DNA from: Deltaproteobacteria bacterium
GTDB taxonomy: Bacteria; Desulfobacterota; Desulfomonilia; UBA1062
Assembly (NCBI GenBank): GCA_018433775.1
Contig: JAHDQN010000040.1
Span: forward strand, 20,587 to 84,586
Reading direction: 5' to 3'
DNA: 64,000 bases
Positions 62,315 to 64,000 of this stretch are shown here, one piece after another. Positions within the stretch are counted from its first letter, which is position 1, and each line of letters starts with the position of its first letter. A program made the position numbers and the translations under genes. The notes below the pieces were generated by a model. It made no database searches, was not told the DNA's origin, and saw only the letters and a list, made by a program, of their open reading frames with translations.

Positions 62315-63469
62315 TCAGCGCATTATCCACTGGAGACGGCCCTTCTTCAGGGATATCGCCGCCTTCGGGCACACCTCGAGACAGCAGAGACACCGGATGC
62401 ACGCGCCGTAGTCGAACCGGGGTATCTCTTCTCCCTCTTCCGCCCTGCCGATCGCCTGGGCAGGGCAGATCTCCCTGCACTGATAGCAGAGCGTGCACCG
62501 TCCGGCCACCGGCACCGGGCGGTCGGTGAACAGATCCTTCATGATCCTGCGGAGAAGGGGAACCTGCAGAAGCCGGGTCGCCCCGGCCTTTTGCGGCGCC
62601 TGGAAACCGCGTAGGCGCATTTCGGCGATCCGCTCGCCTACGACCTCGACCTCTTCTCCCGACGAGATCCCGAACCCCCGCTGAAAACCCTCGGTCAGGG
62701 TGGCGCACCGGCTGATATCGAGGCCGCTCACCTGCACACCCACCCAGTCAACAGCCAGGGCATCGAGGCCTGCGACAATCGCATTCATGGGCCTGGGCCT
62801 GCCTGCAGACCCCGGGCCGTCGCCCTCCATGGCGACAATGGCATCCATGAGATGAACCATGGTCATGGGAGGATCGAACCCGTTGAGGAAGGCGCCGTAC
62901 AGGTCCAGAAGAAAGCCGGAAAAATCGTCCTTTTCCGGAAACTTGAGGTGCATCTGAGACTTCCGCAACCCTGGCACGGCCCCGAAAAGATTCTTCACCG
63001 CGGCGGTGATATAGGTGAGCCCGTGGGTCTTGAACTTGGGCAGGTTGACGATCAGGTCCGCATCGAAGAAGGCACGGGCGATCTCGAAGGTCTTCACCCT
63101 CCTGCCCCCGGGGTAGGAGAGCTTTTCGGTTTCGGACAGATCCGCCACCGGGATTCCGAGATCCTTGAGCACCGGCGCGTAACCGGCAGCCTTCAGGGCG
63201 TTGCCGAGGGATGCCACGGCGGGTGACTCAGCCAGGACCGGCCTACCCCCATGTTCTATGACGATCTCGGCGGCCGCGCGGAAAAAATGCGGATGGGTGA
63301 CCACCGCGCTCTGGGGCCGGGCCGCGGAGAGGAGATTCGGCTTCAGGACGACACGTGCCCCGCGAAACGACGAGACTGAGAAGCCGATGTCATTGAGGCC
63401 GCGGAGCATAGTTTCTTTGAGTGCCGGCAGTTCGTAGCCCCTGCATCGCAGAAGCGCAACACTGGTCAT
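62315..63469 (-). CDS. DUF362 domain protein with C-terminal 2x[4Fe-4S] ferredoxin
   Basis: The C-terminal CxxCxxCxxxCP and CIRCLCCLEVCP motifs are present. The start was trimmed to MTSVALL. Confidence 0.6.
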   Translation of the reverse strand: MTSVALLRCRGYELPALKETMLRGLNDIGFSVSSFRGARVVLKPNLLSAARPQSAVVTHPHFFRAAAEIVIEHGGRPVLAESPAVASLGNALKAAGYAPVLKDLGIPVADLSETEKLSYPGGRRVKTFEIARAFFDADLIVNLPKFKTHGLTYITAAVKNLFGAVPGLRKSQMHLKFPEKDDFSGFLLDLYGAFLNGFDPPMTMVHLMDAIVAMEGDGPGSAGRPRPMNAIVAGLDALAVDWVGVQVSGLDISRCATLTEGFQRGFGISSGEEVEVVGERIAEMRLRGFQAPQKAGATRLLQVPLLRRIMKDLFTDRPVPVAGRCTLCYQCREICPAQAIGRAEEGEEIPRFDYGACIRCLCCLEVCPKAAISLKKGRLQWIMR

Positions 63470-63728
63470 GACTGAGGACCTCTCTTTCATCAATGGGTAT
63501 GAACCTTCAACGGCAAGCCTTGTACCCTTTCTAAGCAGCAAGCTTGAACGGGAGTCAGACCCGCCCTTGCGTCCTCCGTAGCGAATGCGAAGGAGGATTG
63601 AGAATGAATGATATTCTTCATAATACCGGATGTATTTTCCCGGTCAATCCGAAGATGATTTGACGCATGAAATCCCCAAGGGTTATAGAAAACGGGAGAA
63701 TCATGCAAGGAGGAGGTGACCGGGAAGG

Positions 63729-64000
63729 ATGAAGCTGATCTCATGGAACGTCAACGGGCTCAGGGCCGCAGTGAAAAGCGGGTTTCAGGAAAAGGTGCAA
63801 ACGCTCGACGCCGATGTCGTATGCATTCAGGAGACAAGAACGGGTAACGGTGAAATCGCTGTCGATCTTCCCGGCTACCTGCAGTACTGGAACAACGCCG
63901 AGAAAAAAGGATATTCGGGAACGGCCGTGTTCTCCCGGAAGGAGCCGCTGTCCGTCTCGTACGGCATGGGCATGCCCGAGCACGACCGGGAGGGGAGGAT
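63729..64000 (+). CDS. xth: Exodeoxyribonuclease III (AP endonuclease), truncated by the window edge (N-terminal fragment)
   Basis: The sequence reads MKLISWNVNGLRA...CIQETR, with an AGGAGG site. Confidence 0.75.
   Translation, partial: MKLISWNVNGLRAAVKSGFQEKVQTLDADVVCIQETRTGNGEIAVDLPGYLQYWNNAEKKGYSGTAVFSRKEPLSVSYGMGMPEHDREGR

Overview
This is a GC-rich (about 60-65% GC) bacterial chromosomal segment with very dense coding, mostly on the minus strand. It begins with about 3.9 kb of AT-rich, clearly foreign DNA. That foreign stretch is an integron-type gene-cassette array. Five same-strand ORFs, the first cut by the window edge, are separated by four roughly 57-60 bp imperfect-palindrome elements. 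Each element begins RYYYAAC and ends GTTRRRY, the signature of attC recombination sites. No integrase gene (intI) and no attI site lie in the window, and the array abuts pyrG, so it looks like a cluster of attC sites lacking an integrase (CALIN) or the far end of a larger array. The cassettes encode a TIR-like domain protein, a DnaQ-type exonuclease fused to BRCT, a zinc-ribbon plus DUF4145-like protein, a polytopic membrane protein and an unknown protein. I read these as candidate mobile defence or accessory cargo. The rest of the window is a striking nitrogen and glutamine locus: pyrG, carB, an amino-sugar module (nagB-like, glmM, a standalone hexapeptide-repeat acetyltransferase and a 1243-aa atypical GlmS-like protein), carA, glnA, a three-gene split archaeal-type glutamate synthase, pdxR divergent from pdxST, a sigma-54 activator, a PPDK_N-domain protein of unknown role, a sigma-54 promoter driving amtB-glnK-glnD, and hisF. 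Next come an MCP and two tandem paralogous lipoproteins preceded by a 700-bp noncoding leader. Then follow tal-pgi (fused), glk, queH, a Clp1-like kinase, wrbA, acd-etfBA, htpG, a DnaJ-DUF1232 protein with bactofilin, a PAS-GGDEF protein, a SagB/YerC/DUF362 cluster and the start of xth. Further observations are a roughly 35-bp promoter motif shared by the pyrG and gltB upstream regions, a 23-bp-arm palindrome with tandem 39-bp repeats between glnA and carA, and a 38-bp perfect palindrome at the cassette/chromosome junction. All functional calls are from reading the translated ORFs for motifs. No database search was run. Internal start sites were re-derived by hand and some coordinates may be off by a base or two.
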